Shown here piece after piece: positions 7,501-16,610 of a DNA stretch of 64,000 nt (its first letter is position 1; the number at the start of each line of letters is the position of its first letter). Where the stretch lies: the IMG/VR virus record IMGVR_UViG_3300020048_003650, positions 40,536 to 104,535 of that record; one strand, 5' to 3'. This DNA comes from a virus. Made by a program: the position numbers and the translations under genes. Under the pieces are notes generated by a model. It searched no databases and was not told where the DNA came from. It saw nothing but the letters and a program-made list of their open reading frames with translations.

Positions 7501-10065
7501 AAGAGTGTTGAATGTTACTCGTGTGTAGGCAGAAGTATTAGATACATTGCTGATGTTGCCTGACGTAAATTGTAAATTACCACCCGTGTTGGTGAAACTA
7601 TCAGGGCTTTCAAATATCTGCCAGAGATTTCCACCAAGCCAATTAATACCTTCACTTGGACCAGGATCTGCTACGGTTATGCCATTGACATTAGCGATAG
7701 TGCGACCACTCATGTTAAGAGTGCCGCCTGTGATGGTCATGCCGTTAGAAGCGGTAACGAGAGCAGTAGAGATATTACCTGTTGTGGCATTGCCAGTTAC
7801 CGCTAATGATGTTAGGGTGCCAACTGATGTGATGTTAGGTTGTGCTGCTGTTGTGACTGTTCCGGCAGTTGTAGCGGATCCTGCGGTTGTTGCTGATCCT
7901 GCAGTTGTAGCGGATCCTGCGGTTGTTGCTGAGCCAACTGTTCCCGATACGTTACCGCCCTGAATATTTGATAGATTACCTCCCTCACCTACGAAATGTG
8001 CCGCTGTTGAGTTGCCGGTTGTTGTGAAGTTAGGTGCCTGGAATAGTAGTGATGAGTTCCATGAGTTAGAGGCTTCAAGAAAAGTCAGGCTGCCTATTGT
8101 CGGACTTGTATTTCCTACGAATAATCCTCCGCCATTTGCTGTTAGTGCGTTAGCGCCACTAGCAATAACGATAGTAGCGTTGGCTATGTCTAAATTACTT
8201 ACGTTAGAAGTTGTTGTTGTGCCAGTAACGGTCAAATTACCTACGTTGATATTTCCGAATAGAGAATTTCCTGTTACTTCTAGATTGATTAATGTTCCTA
8301 CTGATGTGATATTAGGCTGTGCTGCTTCATAAACCGTGCCAGATACCAGTGCATTTGCAACTTGACCCGTAACGTTAGCACCTGCTACACCATTAGCCGT
8401 TGCTGCAAAGGCAACTTCACCACTTACATCGGCACCTGCTACACTGTTAGCAACCGCCGCAAAGGCAACTTCACCGGTTACATTGGCACCTGCTACACTA
8501 TTAGCCGTTGCTGCAAAGGCGACTTCACCGGTTACATTGGCACCTGCTACGCTATTAGCCGTTGCTGCAAAATCTACTTCACCCGTGACGTTAACACCGG
8601 CTACTGAATCAGCCAATAGAGCGCTTCCAGATGTTGTTGCAAAAGCGGCATTTGCTACTTCACCCGTGACATTAGCACCGGCAACTGAATCTGCAGTTGT
8701 AGCACTAGCCGCTGTTGTTGCAAACGTGGCATTTGCTACCTCGCCAACGACATTAGCGCCAGCAACACCGTTAGCTGTTGCCGCAAAGGTCACTTGACCA
8801 GTAACGTTAGCACCTGCTACACCGTTAGCTGTTGCCGCAAAGGCCACTTGACCAGTAACGTTGGCACCTGCTACTGAATCGGCCGTTGTAGCGCCAGCCG
8901 CTGTTGTTGCAAAAGTAGCGTTTGCTACAGTTCCAACTACATTAGCACCTGCTACACTATTAGCAATTGATGCAAAGACCACTTCACCGATTACGTTAGC
9001 ACCTGCTACACTATTGGCCGTTGCTGCAAAGGCAACTTCACCTGTTACGTTAGCACCGGCTACTGAATCAGCCGCGCCCGCTGTTGTTGCAAAAGTGGCG
9101 TTTGCTACTTCACCCGTGACATTAGCGCCTGCTACACCGTTGGCCGTTGCTGCAAAGGCAACTTCACCTGTGACATTAGCACCGGCTACTGAATCAGCCG
9201 CACCTGCTGTTGTTGCAAAAGCGGCATTTGCTACTTCACCGACGACGTTAGCACCCTGAATATTAGATAGTTCACCGCCGTCACCTATAAAAAAGCTACC
9301 AGAGCCTAGTGTGATGTTGCCAGTAACATCTAGTGTTGTGAGAGTACCCACAGATGTGATGTTAGACTGTGTATTGGCGTAAACTGTACCAGATACCAGA
9401 GCATTTGCTACTTGACCAGTAACGTTAGCGCCAGCGATGTTTGACAATCCAACGCCGTTACCAGTGATTGTGCCTGACAGAGTGATGTTAGTAACGTTAC
9501 CCAAGTTGCCTGTATATGTAGGTAGAAAAAGAGCCACGTCTCCATTGCCGTATCCGCCACCACCACCGCTGATGTTTGATATCAATCCGCCGTCGCCAAT
9601 AAAAAAGTATCCCGTGTTCGCAACGACGTTGCCATCTGATGTCAGCCCACCAACTTCGATTGTTCCTGTAGTTACAATATTTGAGTTACCGCCACTTACT
9701 AATAGTGGTTCACCAGCGAATGTCAGTGTATCGTTGATTGCTGATAGCGGCACTGAGTTAAAGTAAATAGTTGCGTTAGATACCCACAGGTCTCGCCACT
9801 GATTTGTAATATTACCCAATGAGTTAACTGCATTACCATCTGGAATAATATTGCCAACTTGACCGTTTGCCAAGAAAGCGTTTGCGTTTGCGTTTGTGTA
9901 AGAACTACCGTTGCCGCCAGATACTGGTAACAATGTGCCCGTAGAATCGCCTACCCAAACCGAATAGGTATCCAAATCTATGACGATTTCTCCGTTGCGG
10001 GCTTGCCCGTCATATTGTGCTAAACTTAAACTAGTGTATTTATTATCGTCGCGTCTGATAGCCAT
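4534..10065 (-). CDS. Long repetitive tail fibre / adhesin-like virion protein (1843 aa)
   Basis: G/T/N/A/V-rich, many QPNITSVGTL and VAGANVTGEVAFAATAN repeats, C-terminal YDxxxxRVVIAY propeller-like repeats; GATAAATA at 10097-10090. Confidence 0.75.
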   Translation of the reverse strand: MAIRRDDNKYTSLSLAQYDGQARNGEIVIDLDTYSVWVGDSTGTLLPVSGGNGSSYTNANANAFLANGQVGNIIPDGNAVNSLGNITNQWRDLWVSNATIYFNSVPLSAINDTLTFAGEPLLVSGGNSNIVTTGTIEVGGLTSDGNVVANTGYFFIGDGGLISNISGGGGGYGNGDVALFLPTYTGNLGNVTNITLSGTITGNGVGLSNIAGANVTGQVANALVSGTVYANTQSNITSVGTLTTLDVTGNITLGSGSFFIGDGGELSNIQGANVVGEVANAAFATTAGAADSVAGANVTGEVAFAATANGVAGANVTGEVANATFATTAGAADSVAGANVTGEVAFAATANSVAGANVIGEVVFASIANSVAGANVVGTVANATFATTAAGATTADSVAGANVTGQVAFAATANGVAGANVTGQVTFAATANGVAGANVVGEVANATFATTAASATTADSVAGANVTGEVANAAFATTSGSALLADSVAGVNVTGEVDFAATANSVAGANVTGEVAFAATANSVAGANVTGEVAFAAVANSVAGADVSGEVAFAATANGVAGANVTGQVANALVSGTVYEAAQPNITSVGTLINLEVTGNSLFGNINVGNLTVTGTTTTSNVSNLDIANATIVIASGANALTANGGGLFVGNTSPTIGSLTFLEASNSWNSSLLFQAPNFTTTGNSTAAHFVGEGGNLSNIQGGNVSGTVGSATTAGSATTAGSATTAGSATTAGTVTTAAQPNITSVGTLTSLAVTGNATTGNISTALVTASNGMTITGGTLNMSGRTIANVNGITVADPGPSEGINWLGGNLWQIFESPDSFTNTGGNLQFTSGNISNVSNTSAYTRVTFNTLGQISVPVTGIAPFLVASNTLVANLNANTVQGFAPATANTANTLVQRSSTGGFSAGNIITTAVVATNFLQTNGYLSVGTDITTGGNIESGAINAIGNITANGQVIATGNVSGATGAFTTVTGNGAALTSLTGANVTGTVASATTAGTVTTAAQPNITSVGTLAALNVTGNINVANVNATRLGGTLTTVTQPNITSVGILTSLAVTGNITSGNVSGSTGAFTTVTGNGAALTSLTGANVTGTVAAATTAGTVTTAAQSNITSVGTLSSLAVTGNTTSGNISTALVTATNGMTISGGSLNMGGRSIANVNHITIADPGSSEGIGWLGGNLWQIFESPDNFTNTGGNLQFTSGNISNVSNTSAYTRVTFNTLGQLDIPVATGTAPLKISSTTLVANLNANTVQGFAPDTANTANTLVQRNSTGGFSAGNAALTNVTTGNLTANGVIDFIGSSNVSLGPIGNVKITGGITGQVLTTNGSGTLSFTTPATGGGGGTLQAVANTLNTFDIAYGLMENGDKVIVNADGTVSVVSGSAITAIGSAVTYDGSETSYSAATYDPVNNRVVIAYRDVGNSNRGTIIVGTISSGGPVLPPTITFGTPLVFADFGASYISITYVPGPQKIVVAYRSDGLSGGRGTVNLFTVSDNSITQNDSEFFDTSDTVAGSDNISVVAKTTGDADTVAIVWRNRGASVIGRVRTAQIVDTQFVFGTSVVFENADFGDTNALTACYHTQQDRLVIGFLRVAGTPASNRNWAIVGRLTGSGSTGSVTLGTPVQYTTSFCDNVSSCYDSNSFKVVFAYSNQGSSNFGTAIVATVSDLTISFGTAAVFQSAWVRYTSATYNIAADRVVIAYSNVGNSNRGTYVAGQISGTSILFNTPVVYNSNSSTYTAATYTDDGPLRNVVLASSDTVGRAYVLRLAWTNLTAENYIGINVGDYSNGDTANVQIVSSVNDAQSGLAPGQSYYVQTDGTLNLTPGTPSVFAGTAVAATKLIIKG
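6230..7870 (-). repeat. Internal duplication of an approximately 180-aa domain in the fibre gene (about 7335-7870 and 6230-6780)
   Basis: ADPGxSEGIxWLGGNLWQIFESPDxFTNTGGNLQFTSGNISNVSNTSAYTRVTFNTLGQ...ANTLVQRxSTGGFSAGN occurs twice. Confidence 0.9.
8340..9260 (-). repeat. Tandem coding repeat of about 18-24 aa (SVAGANVTGEVAFAATAN)
   Basis: About 15 imperfect copies visible in both DNA and protein. Confidence 0.9.
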
Positions 10066-10282
10066 GATGTTGAGTATTCCTTATCATTGTATTTATCTCA
10101 AATATTAACAAAACTATCCTTGAGATAGTGCATATTTTAATTATTTACAAGCTGCCTACAGAACAGTTTTAGTTTCTAGCTAATTTTACTATTAGAAAAT
10201 ACAATCGAAAATCTATGAAAAACGCTTGACTAATAGAGTAAATAAAAGTATAATATTATCTACATTACACAAGGAGATTTAA

Positions 10283-10723
10283 ATGTCAGACAATTTAAAA
10301 GGCACTAAAACAGAACAATGTTTGAAAGATGCATTTGCAGGTGAATCAAAAGCCAACCGTCGCTATTTGTATTTTGCAAACATGGCCGATATTGCAGGAG
10401 CACAAGATGTTGCATCAGTATTTCGTCACACAGCCGAAGGCGAGACCGGACACGCACATGGTCATATGGAATTCTTAATTGGCGGTGGTTCTGGTGATCC
10501 AGAAACTGGCTTGCCTGCAGGTAATGTGGAGGAAGCACTGGAGAGTTCAATCCACGGCGAAACACACGAGTATACCGATATGTATCCTGGCATGGCCAAG
10601 ACTGCCCGTGATGAAGGCTTTGATGAAATTGCTGATTGGTTTGAAACTTTGGCAAAAGCCGAGCGTTCACACGCTGGTAAGTTTACTCGCACATTAGCAG
10701 CATACAAAGCAGACCAGCAGTAA
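10283..10723 (+). CDS. rbr: Rubrerythrin (short ferritin-like form)
   Basis: [42 protein letters not shown] di-iron motifs. Confidence 0.95.
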   Translation: MSDNLKGTKTEQCLKDAFAGESKANRRYLYFANMADIAGAQDVASVFRHTAEGETGHAHGHMEFLIGGGSGDPETGLPAGNVEEALESSIHGETHEYTDMYPGMAKTARDEGFDEIADWFETLAKAERSHAGKFTRTLAAYKADQQ

Positions 10724-10747
10724 TTATATTTTAAATATTGCCAAAAT

Positions 10748-10788
10748 TAGAAAAGGGTCTTGACGATCCTTTTCTATTATGTTATAAT
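10748..10788 (+). terminator. Terminator hairpin whose loop carries the -35 box of the next promoter
   Basis: TAGAAAAGGGTC-TTGAC-GATCCTTTTCTA; TTGACG 10760 then 17 bp then TATAAT 10783. Confidence 0.65.
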
Positions 10789-10815
10789 ATAGTTATTAAA
10801 GTTTAAAGGAATACT

Positions 10816-11235
10816 ATGTTAGAATGTTTAATTTTAGGCGATTCAATCGCGGTTGGAACACATCAATTTTATCAAGAATGTCAGTTAGTTGGCAAAGGTG
10901 GAATCAATACCTGGCAATGGAATCAAATGTATCCAAAGGCAGATCTTACTGCCGGTACTGTGATTATCAGTCTTGCTACCAATGATCACAAATACATCAA
11001 AACCGAAGCCGAACTCATTAAAATGCGTGAACGTGTTAAAAGTTCCAGAGTATTTTGGGTATTACCAGCAGGAAACTTAAAGGGTAGTGAAGTGCCAATC
11101 GAAACTATTCAAGGATATGTTCGTCGGGTAGCAGCACAATACGGTGATACAGTATTGCCAATTCGAGGCCTACAACGGGATGGAATTCATCCCAGCTGGA
11201 GTGGATATCGAGATATTATAGAAAGAACACGATGA
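10816..11235 (+). CDS. SGNH/GDSL hydrolase
   Basis: LGDSIAVG, SLATND, DGIHP motifs. Confidence 0.85.
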   Translation: MLECLILGDSIAVGTHQFYQECQLVGKGGINTWQWNQMYPKADLTAGTVIISLATNDHKYIKTEAELIKMRERVKSSRVFWVLPAGNLKGSEVPIETIQGYVRRVAAQYGDTVLPIRGLQRDGIHPSWSGYRDIIERTR

Positions 11236-11360
11236 TATCAAAATAATTTAATTAATAAATTTTTAAGTTGATTTTAGTGTTGTAAAAATACAACACTATC
11301 GATTTGACAACAAATCAGATATGTGGTATAATACACCATACACTCGAAAAAGGAAGAAAC

Positions 11361-11489
11361 ATGTTAGCAATCGATAATACTACTGGTCGTGTTGTTCGTG
11401 TCGTGATCCTAGCCGATGGTCAGGTTTCAATCCGACTTCCTGATGGCACACGTAAAATCATCGCCCCATTCAGTTTATCTCCGTTGTAA
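11361..11489 (+). CDS. Small early hypothetical protein
   Basis: ATG after cassette RBS; stop codon lies inside the next palindrome. Confidence 0.6.
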   Translation: MLAIDNTTGRVVRVVILADGQVSIRLPDGTRKIIAPFSLSPL

Positions 11490-11568
11490 AAATACAACAC
11501 CGGTTCGCTTGACAATAAATGAAATTTGTGGTATAATACACACATACACTGATAAAACGGAGAAGTAA

Positions 11569-11829
11569 ATGATTTCAGCAGCCAAATTACATCAATTATC
11601 GAACATTAATGCCGATCAATTGGTCGAACTTCTACTGGAAAATGGTCATGACAACGCCGATGAGCCTATCATCAATACTCATTTCGACGGTGTTTCAGTA
11701 GGTACTGAAAACTTATATTTTTCCTACCAAGCCACGTATGTTCACGTAGACGGCGGACTTCAATTTGCCGACATAGTGGTAACGTATCACATTGACAGTG
11801 GTAAACTCTCAGCATATATTGGTCAATAA
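11569..11829 (+). CDS. Small early hypothetical protein
   Basis: Follows cassette 2 with GGAG RBS. Confidence 0.7.
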   Translation: MISAAKLHQLSNINADQLVELLLENGHDNADEPIINTHFDGVSVGTENLYFSYQATYVHVDGGLQFADIVVTYHIDSGKLSAYIGQ

Positions 11830-11844
11830 ATAAAGGAACTAACG

Positions 11845-12102
11845 ATGTCATCATTAACCGCATACTTAGATACCCGTAACGCTTTTGCATCACTCTTTGG
11901 TCATCGACAGTTAAGTTTACAGAATTCAGCCGACCGTCAAGCACTGGCAGATATGATTGACAGTGCCCTGAGTCCAGAGAACCTGTCCTGTGACGGAGAA
12001 CTCTCCAGAGCAGAAGTTAATCGCCGCTACCAAGAGTTGATGGCTGTGGCCAATCAGTTGAAAAAGTTGGATCCCTCAGTTAAATTTTACGAATGTTTCT
12101 AA
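11845..12102 (+). CDS. Small early hypothetical protein
   Basis: AAGGA RBS; LSPENLSCDGEL motif. Confidence 0.75.
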   Translation: MSSLTAYLDTRNAFASLFGHRQLSLQNSADRQALADMIDSALSPENLSCDGELSRAEVNRRYQELMAVANQLKKLDPSVKFYECF

Positions 12103-12177
12103 AATACAACACTATCACTTGACAACAAATCGGTTTCATGGTATAATACACCATACACTTGAGAAAGGGAAGAAAAT

Positions 12178-12426
12178 ATGTCTAAGTCACGATTTGTATT
12201 TTTTGGTGCCACCAATGGTCAGGTAACGGTTTCTATCAATCAAGTTTTGGTAGGCGTGGCAAGTGACAGCGAACAGCTGGTTGCTATTTTACAGGAAAAC
12301 GGCGTTACTCTTGCCGATGAAATGTTTCAAAGTAGCAGTGTTGATTTTGCTGCCGAAGAAGGTTTTGCGGATGATAATGGTGCCTATGATATCATTGAGC
12401 CTGCCCTTGAGTTGATCTCGAACTAA
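12178..12426 (+). CDS. Small acidic early hypothetical protein
   Basis: Follows cassette 3. Confidence 0.7.
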   Translation: MSKSRFVFFGATNGQVTVSINQVLVGVASDSEQLVAILQENGVTLADEMFQSSSVDFAAEEGFADDNGAYDIIEPALELISN

Positions 12427-12516
12427 AATGTGTTGTAAAAATACAACTCTCTGAGTTTGACAATAAATGGATTATGTGGTATAATACACCATACACTGAG
12501 AAAACAAGGAAAGAAA

Positions 12517-12789
12517 ATGATACAAGCCGAAAAGAATGATGTTATCCGTTCATATGATTTTAAACCTATGTACGGTCGTCCTGATTGTTTTGTTGAAGGT
12601 AGTGTTATTGAATTGACCAACGAGCCTGGATATGCCGCAATTAAAATTCGTGTGTTAGTAGATGAGTTTGACGGCCGGCGTTTCGAGGAACGTGGTTATG
12701 GTAGTCGTGTTGGCGAAATCGTATTTGTTCCACAGATGGTTTCGTTCGGCGAATACCCAGGTCGTGTTATGAATCTTACTCGATTTTAA
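12517..12789 (+). CDS. Small early hypothetical protein
   Basis: Follows cassette 4; DVIRSYDF..DCFVEG. Confidence 0.7.
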   Translation: MIQAEKNDVIRSYDFKPMYGRPDCFVEGSVIELTNEPGYAAIKIRVLVDEFDGRRFEERGYGSRVGEIVFVPQMVSFGEYPGRVMNLTRF

Positions 12790-12804
12790 TTCAAGGAATA
12801 CAAA

Positions 12805-12993
12805 ATGACTAAAGAAAACTTGGCTCAATCTATTCGTAGCGGATTTTTTTCTGAACGTGATAACTTGTCGGATGCGTTTGACTATGCCTATGCACTATTG
12901 AAAAATAATCCAGGCGGAATGACAGCTCTACACGTTGTTCTAAATACCGTAGCAAAAGAAATTCTCAAAATTGAACAAAAGGAAACAGTATAA
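12805..12993 (+). CDS. Small hypothetical protein
   Basis: AAGGA RBS; TAATG overlap with next gene. Confidence 0.65.
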   Translation: MTKENLAQSIRSGFFSERDNLSDAFDYAYALLKNNPGGMTALHVVLNTVAKEILKIEQKETV

Positions 12994-13439
12994 TGGGCAC
13001 ACGATCCACAATCGCCGTAGTTCACGAAGATGGCACCGTAAGTCAAATTTATTGCCATTTGGATGGTCACTTGTCACACAATGGTAAATTGTTGGTAGAA
13101 AATTACAATAGCCTGTTGGCTGTTGAATTTTTGATTAGCAAAGGTGCTCTGTCAGTCTTGGCAGAACGTGTGACTCCTGATCGTGATCGCATTCATTCGT
13201 TCGAAGTGGCACAGAATGGCGTGTGCGTATACTACGGTCGTGATCGTGGTGAAACAGGCTGTGAGCCAAAAGTTTTTGATACGGTCAGTGATTATTTTCT
13301 CTATGGTCAACAAGAGGAATATAACTACTTGTTTGCCTGTGATGAATGGATGTACCAGCTAAAAGTCAACGACCCTGGAATGCATTCGATATCTGAGGCG
13401 TTGGGTATCACGGTAGACAACACAGATACAGTGTTGTAA
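12993..13439 (+). CDS. Phage hypothetical protein
   Basis: MGTRSTI..IYCHLDG..YGRDRGE..EYNYLF; stop codon inside the palindrome. Confidence 0.8.
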   Translation: MGTRSTIAVVHEDGTVSQIYCHLDGHLSHNGKLLVENYNSLLAVEFLISKGALSVLAERVTPDRDRIHSFEVAQNGVCVYYGRDRGETGCEPKVFDTVSDYFLYGQQEEYNYLFACDEWMYQLKVNDPGMHSISEALGITVDNTDTVL

Positions 13440-13524
13440 AAATACAACACGATAAAATTTCGACTTGACAACAAATCGGATATGTGGTATAATACACCAT
13501 ACACTGAGAAAACAAGGAAAGAAA

Positions 13525-13812
13525 ATGTTATCACTTGAAAAATTCAACATACGTATCGTATTCCGTGGTGAAGGTTACGGCGTCAATGACGCAATTATTC
13601 ATGATAAGGATCGCCCCCTGGTTGAATTTTACGACGGTCGCTACACAAAAATCAACCCACGCGGCCAGTTTGTGTCACGCTATTATGCGTCTACGTTATT
13701 GGAAAGTGAAAATCGTGGCGGTGGATTGAGTTTGTACGGGGACGTGCCTGAATGGACTGTATCTGCCGAAGACATGGAAACCGTTTATCAATACATCAAA
13801 CAAGTGTTGTAA
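13525..13812 (+). CDS. Small early hypothetical protein
   Basis: PLVEFYD..GQFVSRYYASTL..GLSLYGDVPEW; stop codon inside the palindrome. Confidence 0.75.
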   Translation: MLSLEKFNIRIVFRGEGYGVNDAIIHDKDRPLVEFYDGRYTKINPRGQFVSRYYASTLLESENRGGGLSLYGDVPEWTVSAEDMETVYQYIKQVL

Positions 13813-13888
13813 AAATACAACGGTTAAAACTTGACAACAAATCGGACGTGTGCTACAATGTACACATACACTGACAGAGACGGAGCGA

Positions 13889-14149
13889 ATGATGATTAAG
13901 TTTGGCAAGAGTAGCACTGATTTGATGTTCTCGGTAAACGGTTTCGAGTATCGCGTATATCGTGATGTCCAGGACGACTGCATCAAGAACTATCATTTAG
14001 TATTTTTTGGCAATGATGAACTGGAAATTCCAGCTATTGCCAACACATCGCCATATGATGAGCTAGATTCTGATACTTTTTATAGCCACATTATTGACTG
14101 GTTGATGTATCAACCAGATTTCATGAGTTTGATAAATTCTAAAATTTGA
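13889..14149 (+). CDS. Small early hypothetical protein
   Basis: Follows cassette 6; TGA stop overlaps the next -35 box. Confidence 0.65.
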   Translation: MMIKFGKSSTDLMFSVNGFEYRVYRDVQDDCIKNYHLVFFGNDELEIPAIANTSPYDELDSDTFYSHIIDWLMYQPDFMSLINSKI

Positions 14150-14206
14150 CAACAAATCGATTATGTGGTATAATATACACATACACTGACAGAACTGGAG
14201 AATAAA

Positions 14207-14482
14207 ATGAAAGCAAACGATATCAAACGTGCTATTATGTTGGGCAATTTTACAAACGATGAGTTAAATTTAATTTCCGAATCTGTTCGCTATGCCAGAG
14301 CCTCACTGGTCATGCACAAAAAACAAGAACTATCAGTAGGTTCACAGATTCAATTTTCGTCTAGAGGTCAGGTCTTTCACGGTACTATCGAAAGCATCAA
14401 GATTAAAAATGCACTGGTCGCGACAGCCGGTGGTCGCTATCGTGTTCCGCTGAATATGTTGAATATTGCTCAGGTGACGTAA
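14207..14482 (+). CDS. Small early hypothetical protein (SH3-like beta C-terminus)
   Basis: GGAG RBS; LSVGSQIQF..GTIESIKIKNALV. Confidence 0.7.
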   Translation: MKANDIKRAIMLGNFTNDELNLISESVRYARASLVMHKKQELSVGSQIQFSSRGQVFHGTIESIKIKNALVATAGGRYRVPLNMLNIAQVT

Positions 14483-14487
14483 AAATT

Positions 14488-14667
14488 ATGGGTCGCGTAA
14501 AACAATATTATCATAATTTATTGGGCGGAGGCGAATTGGAAAATGTTCCTTCAATATACAGAATGAATCCGGAAGAGGTTCATGAAATGATTATCGAAGA
14601 AGTTAATACCGAGTTACGTATCATTTCACAGTTACAACAATCGGAATTTGACAACTATTCTGAATAG
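14488..14667 (+). CDS. 59-aa hypothetical protein (not in ORF track)
   Basis: MGRVKQYYHNL...FDNYSE read directly from the sequence. Confidence 0.5.
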   Translation: MGRVKQYYHNLLGGGELENVPSIYRMNPEEVHEMIIEEVNTELRIISQLQQSEFDNYSE

Positions 14668-14756
14668 TAGTATAATATGTATTATTACAGTGTGGCGAAT
14701 ATTCCCGAGTTCACTAACACTGATATACAAGTTTCGGGCACAAAAATGGAGTTTTC

Positions 14757-15425
14757 ATGAATTATAAATTATTAGCCGTTGTCGGCGTATCTGCAGTTCT
14801 AGCCGGCTGTAGCTCACCGAAATATCATAGTAACAACAATCCTGGTGGTCAGGTCGCCCCCGGGAATCAGTCCGCTATTAGTGAACAGCGTGCAACAGAG
14901 GACTTTAAGCGACAGGGCATCAAGATTGAATACACCTGGGGTGGCATGGGTAGCGGCATCAAAGCGCTTGAGGTAACTGGCTACGCCCCAGTGTGGGGTA
15001 ATAGTTCACAGGCAATTGAGAGTTCCTACAAAGTGGCAGAGTTGGATGCCAAACGTAAGTTAAATGATTTTATCAATCGTGAAAGTATTCAAAGTTCTAC
15101 AAGTGTCAATATTATCACTCGTAACTTGGAAAAGGCACAGGATAACAAGCGTAACAATATTGCTACCAACGTTACTACCAGTGACGCCGATGTAGAATCC
15201 GGTGGCGGCAGTAGGAACGATAACGTTGCTACTAGACAGGACGCACTTAATATTGCCAGCACCCTTCAACAAAGTATTAGAACAAGTAGCCGCGGTATTT
15301 TAGGCGGTCTTCGTATGGTAGATAATGAAGTTATCAACGGTGGTCGCACTGTTCGTGTTGTCTTTCGTTGGGAAGAAGGTCTTAATAAAAGCGTAATCGA
15401 TGTTCGAAAAGTCATGAGTCGCTAG
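14757..15425 (+). CDS. Lipoprotein (LPP20-like)
   Basis: Lipobox LAGC after a hydrophobic signal; promoter TTGACA-17-TATAAT at 14648-14676. Confidence 0.75.
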   Translation: MNYKLLAVVGVSAVLAGCSSPKYHSNNNPGGQVAPGNQSAISEQRATEDFKRQGIKIEYTWGGMGSGIKALEVTGYAPVWGNSSQAIESSYKVAELDAKRKLNDFINRESIQSSTSVNIITRNLEKAQDNKRNNIATNVTTSDADVESGGGSRNDNVATRQDALNIASTLQQSIRTSSRGILGGLRMVDNEVINGGRTVRVVFRWEEGLNKSVIDVRKVMSR

Positions 15426-15433
15426 GAATAACG

Positions 15434-16570
15434 ATGAAGTATAGATTGATATCTTCTCTATCTGTTATTTGTGGTTTATTGACTGGGTGCGCTGGCGGCG
15501 GAGTGAACGTTGCCAGCAGCATGGGCGGAATCGGCTCAGCAGTTCAGGCTGCCAGCCCCGTCTTAACAGTGATTAGCGTTAGTGCTACGGCAGTTGACAT
15601 CTTAACAAGTGGTCAGCGAGAATATCGAGTTAAAATTCGTTCTACCGATACGGATCGTAACAGCGCACTACGACAGGCATTTCAGGAAGCCTGTAGCGTA
15701 ACATTCGGTAGTACGGTGGCTAGTGAATTGGAAAGCAATCAGGGTCGACTTACTCGTGATAATGTTGTTAGTTACACCGGTTGTTATGTCAAGAATCAGG
15801 TAATAGAATCACAATCTCGCGAGCCAAATGGCGAAGTAACCGTGCTGGCTACCATTACGGTAGCTAGCAATAAATTAAGTGGTCGTCTACTGGGTAACAG
15901 TAGTCATGATCAATCATTCAACGGTGAACAACACGCCGATAGAATATCCACATTTCAAACAGCGATGTCTGGTGGTGACCAACTGATTGACACTGTTATG
16001 AAAGACTTTCCCTCACGCGCCTACAAGTTAGATATTGCCAAGATTAGAACCATGACAAATCGTGACAGGTCTGGATTCATATTGATAGATTATCTCATTC
16101 AGTTAGACCCAAACTATTACAAGGCACTTGAGAATTTATTTGCCGTTACTGGAAAAATTCCAGCTGGTAAAATCATGGGTGTTTATCCTGCCGGAAAGTG
16201 GGGCGTTAATAATCCTGTGGCGGAGATACGAGTTCCTGGATTTATGTCCATGAATACCTATCAGTTTAGTGATCAGATTACCGTTGATAAAATCTCGGCT
16301 GGACTTAATCGTCCTCAAATGATGAAAATTTATGCCGAGTTCGGCGGCGAATACAGTCATTTAAACGCTAACGGATGGAAATTAATTGGCTGTGTTCCCG
16401 CTGCGTGGAGTCGTGATACCAAGATGATAGATATTAGCAGTCGAGGTGGCAGTATTAGTGATAAAAAAGTATGGTATCAATTTAGATTGGATTATAGAAC
16501 TCCACAAGAACTAGACACACTTAGAAATATTACTAATTTAAAACTATCGGTAACTGGCGATAATTGTTAG
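15434..16570 (+). CDS. Lipoprotein
   Basis: Lipobox LTGC. Confidence 0.7.
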   Translation: MKYRLISSLSVICGLLTGCAGGGVNVASSMGGIGSAVQAASPVLTVISVSATAVDILTSGQREYRVKIRSTDTDRNSALRQAFQEACSVTFGSTVASELESNQGRLTRDNVVSYTGCYVKNQVIESQSREPNGEVTVLATITVASNKLSGRLLGNSSHDQSFNGEQHADRISTFQTAMSGGDQLIDTVMKDFPSRAYKLDIAKIRTMTNRDRSGFILIDYLIQLDPNYYKALENLFAVTGKIPAGKIMGVYPAGKWGVNNPVAEIRVPGFMSMNTYQFSDQITVDKISAGLNRPQMMKIYAEFGGEYSHLNANGWKLIGCVPAAWSRDTKMIDISSRGGSISDKKVWYQFRLDYRTPQELDTLRNITNLKLSVTGDNC

Positions 16571-16610
16571 GAATTTAATAGTCATCTATGAAAAAAGATA
16601 AGTATTATCT

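Larger units (their letters stand above)
11277..14206 (+). repeat. Array of 7 related palindrome + early promoter + RBS cassettes
   Basis: GTGTTGTA-AAAA-TACAACAC ... TTGACAA[CT]AAAT ... TGTGGTATAATACACCATACACTGA ... RBS; -35 boxes at 11304, 11509, 12119, 12457, 13465, 13831, 14146 (last copy lacks the palindrome). Confidence 0.92.

Noticed and set aside
6230-7870. Duplicated fibre segment as a DGR template/variable pair
   Set aside because: Both copies are in frame in mid-gene, differences are not adenine-specific, and there is no reverse transcriptase in the window
4977-9766. Many long ORFs overlapping the fibre gene (similar ones at 55141-56928)
   Set aside because: Antisense or alternate-frame shadows caused by repetitive Thr/Ala/Gly/Val codons; no RBS or recognisable motifs
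10170-10225. Possible OxyR/LysR box upstream of rubrerythrin
   Set aside because: ATAG/CTAT-like tetramers are not at the required spacing, and the AT-rich background makes chance matches likely
11277-13823. GTTGTA...TACAAC repeats resembling type II/VI CRISPR repeat ends
   Set aside because: Spacing is 200-1000 bp, the intervals are genes, each repeat is tied to a promoter, and no cas genes are present
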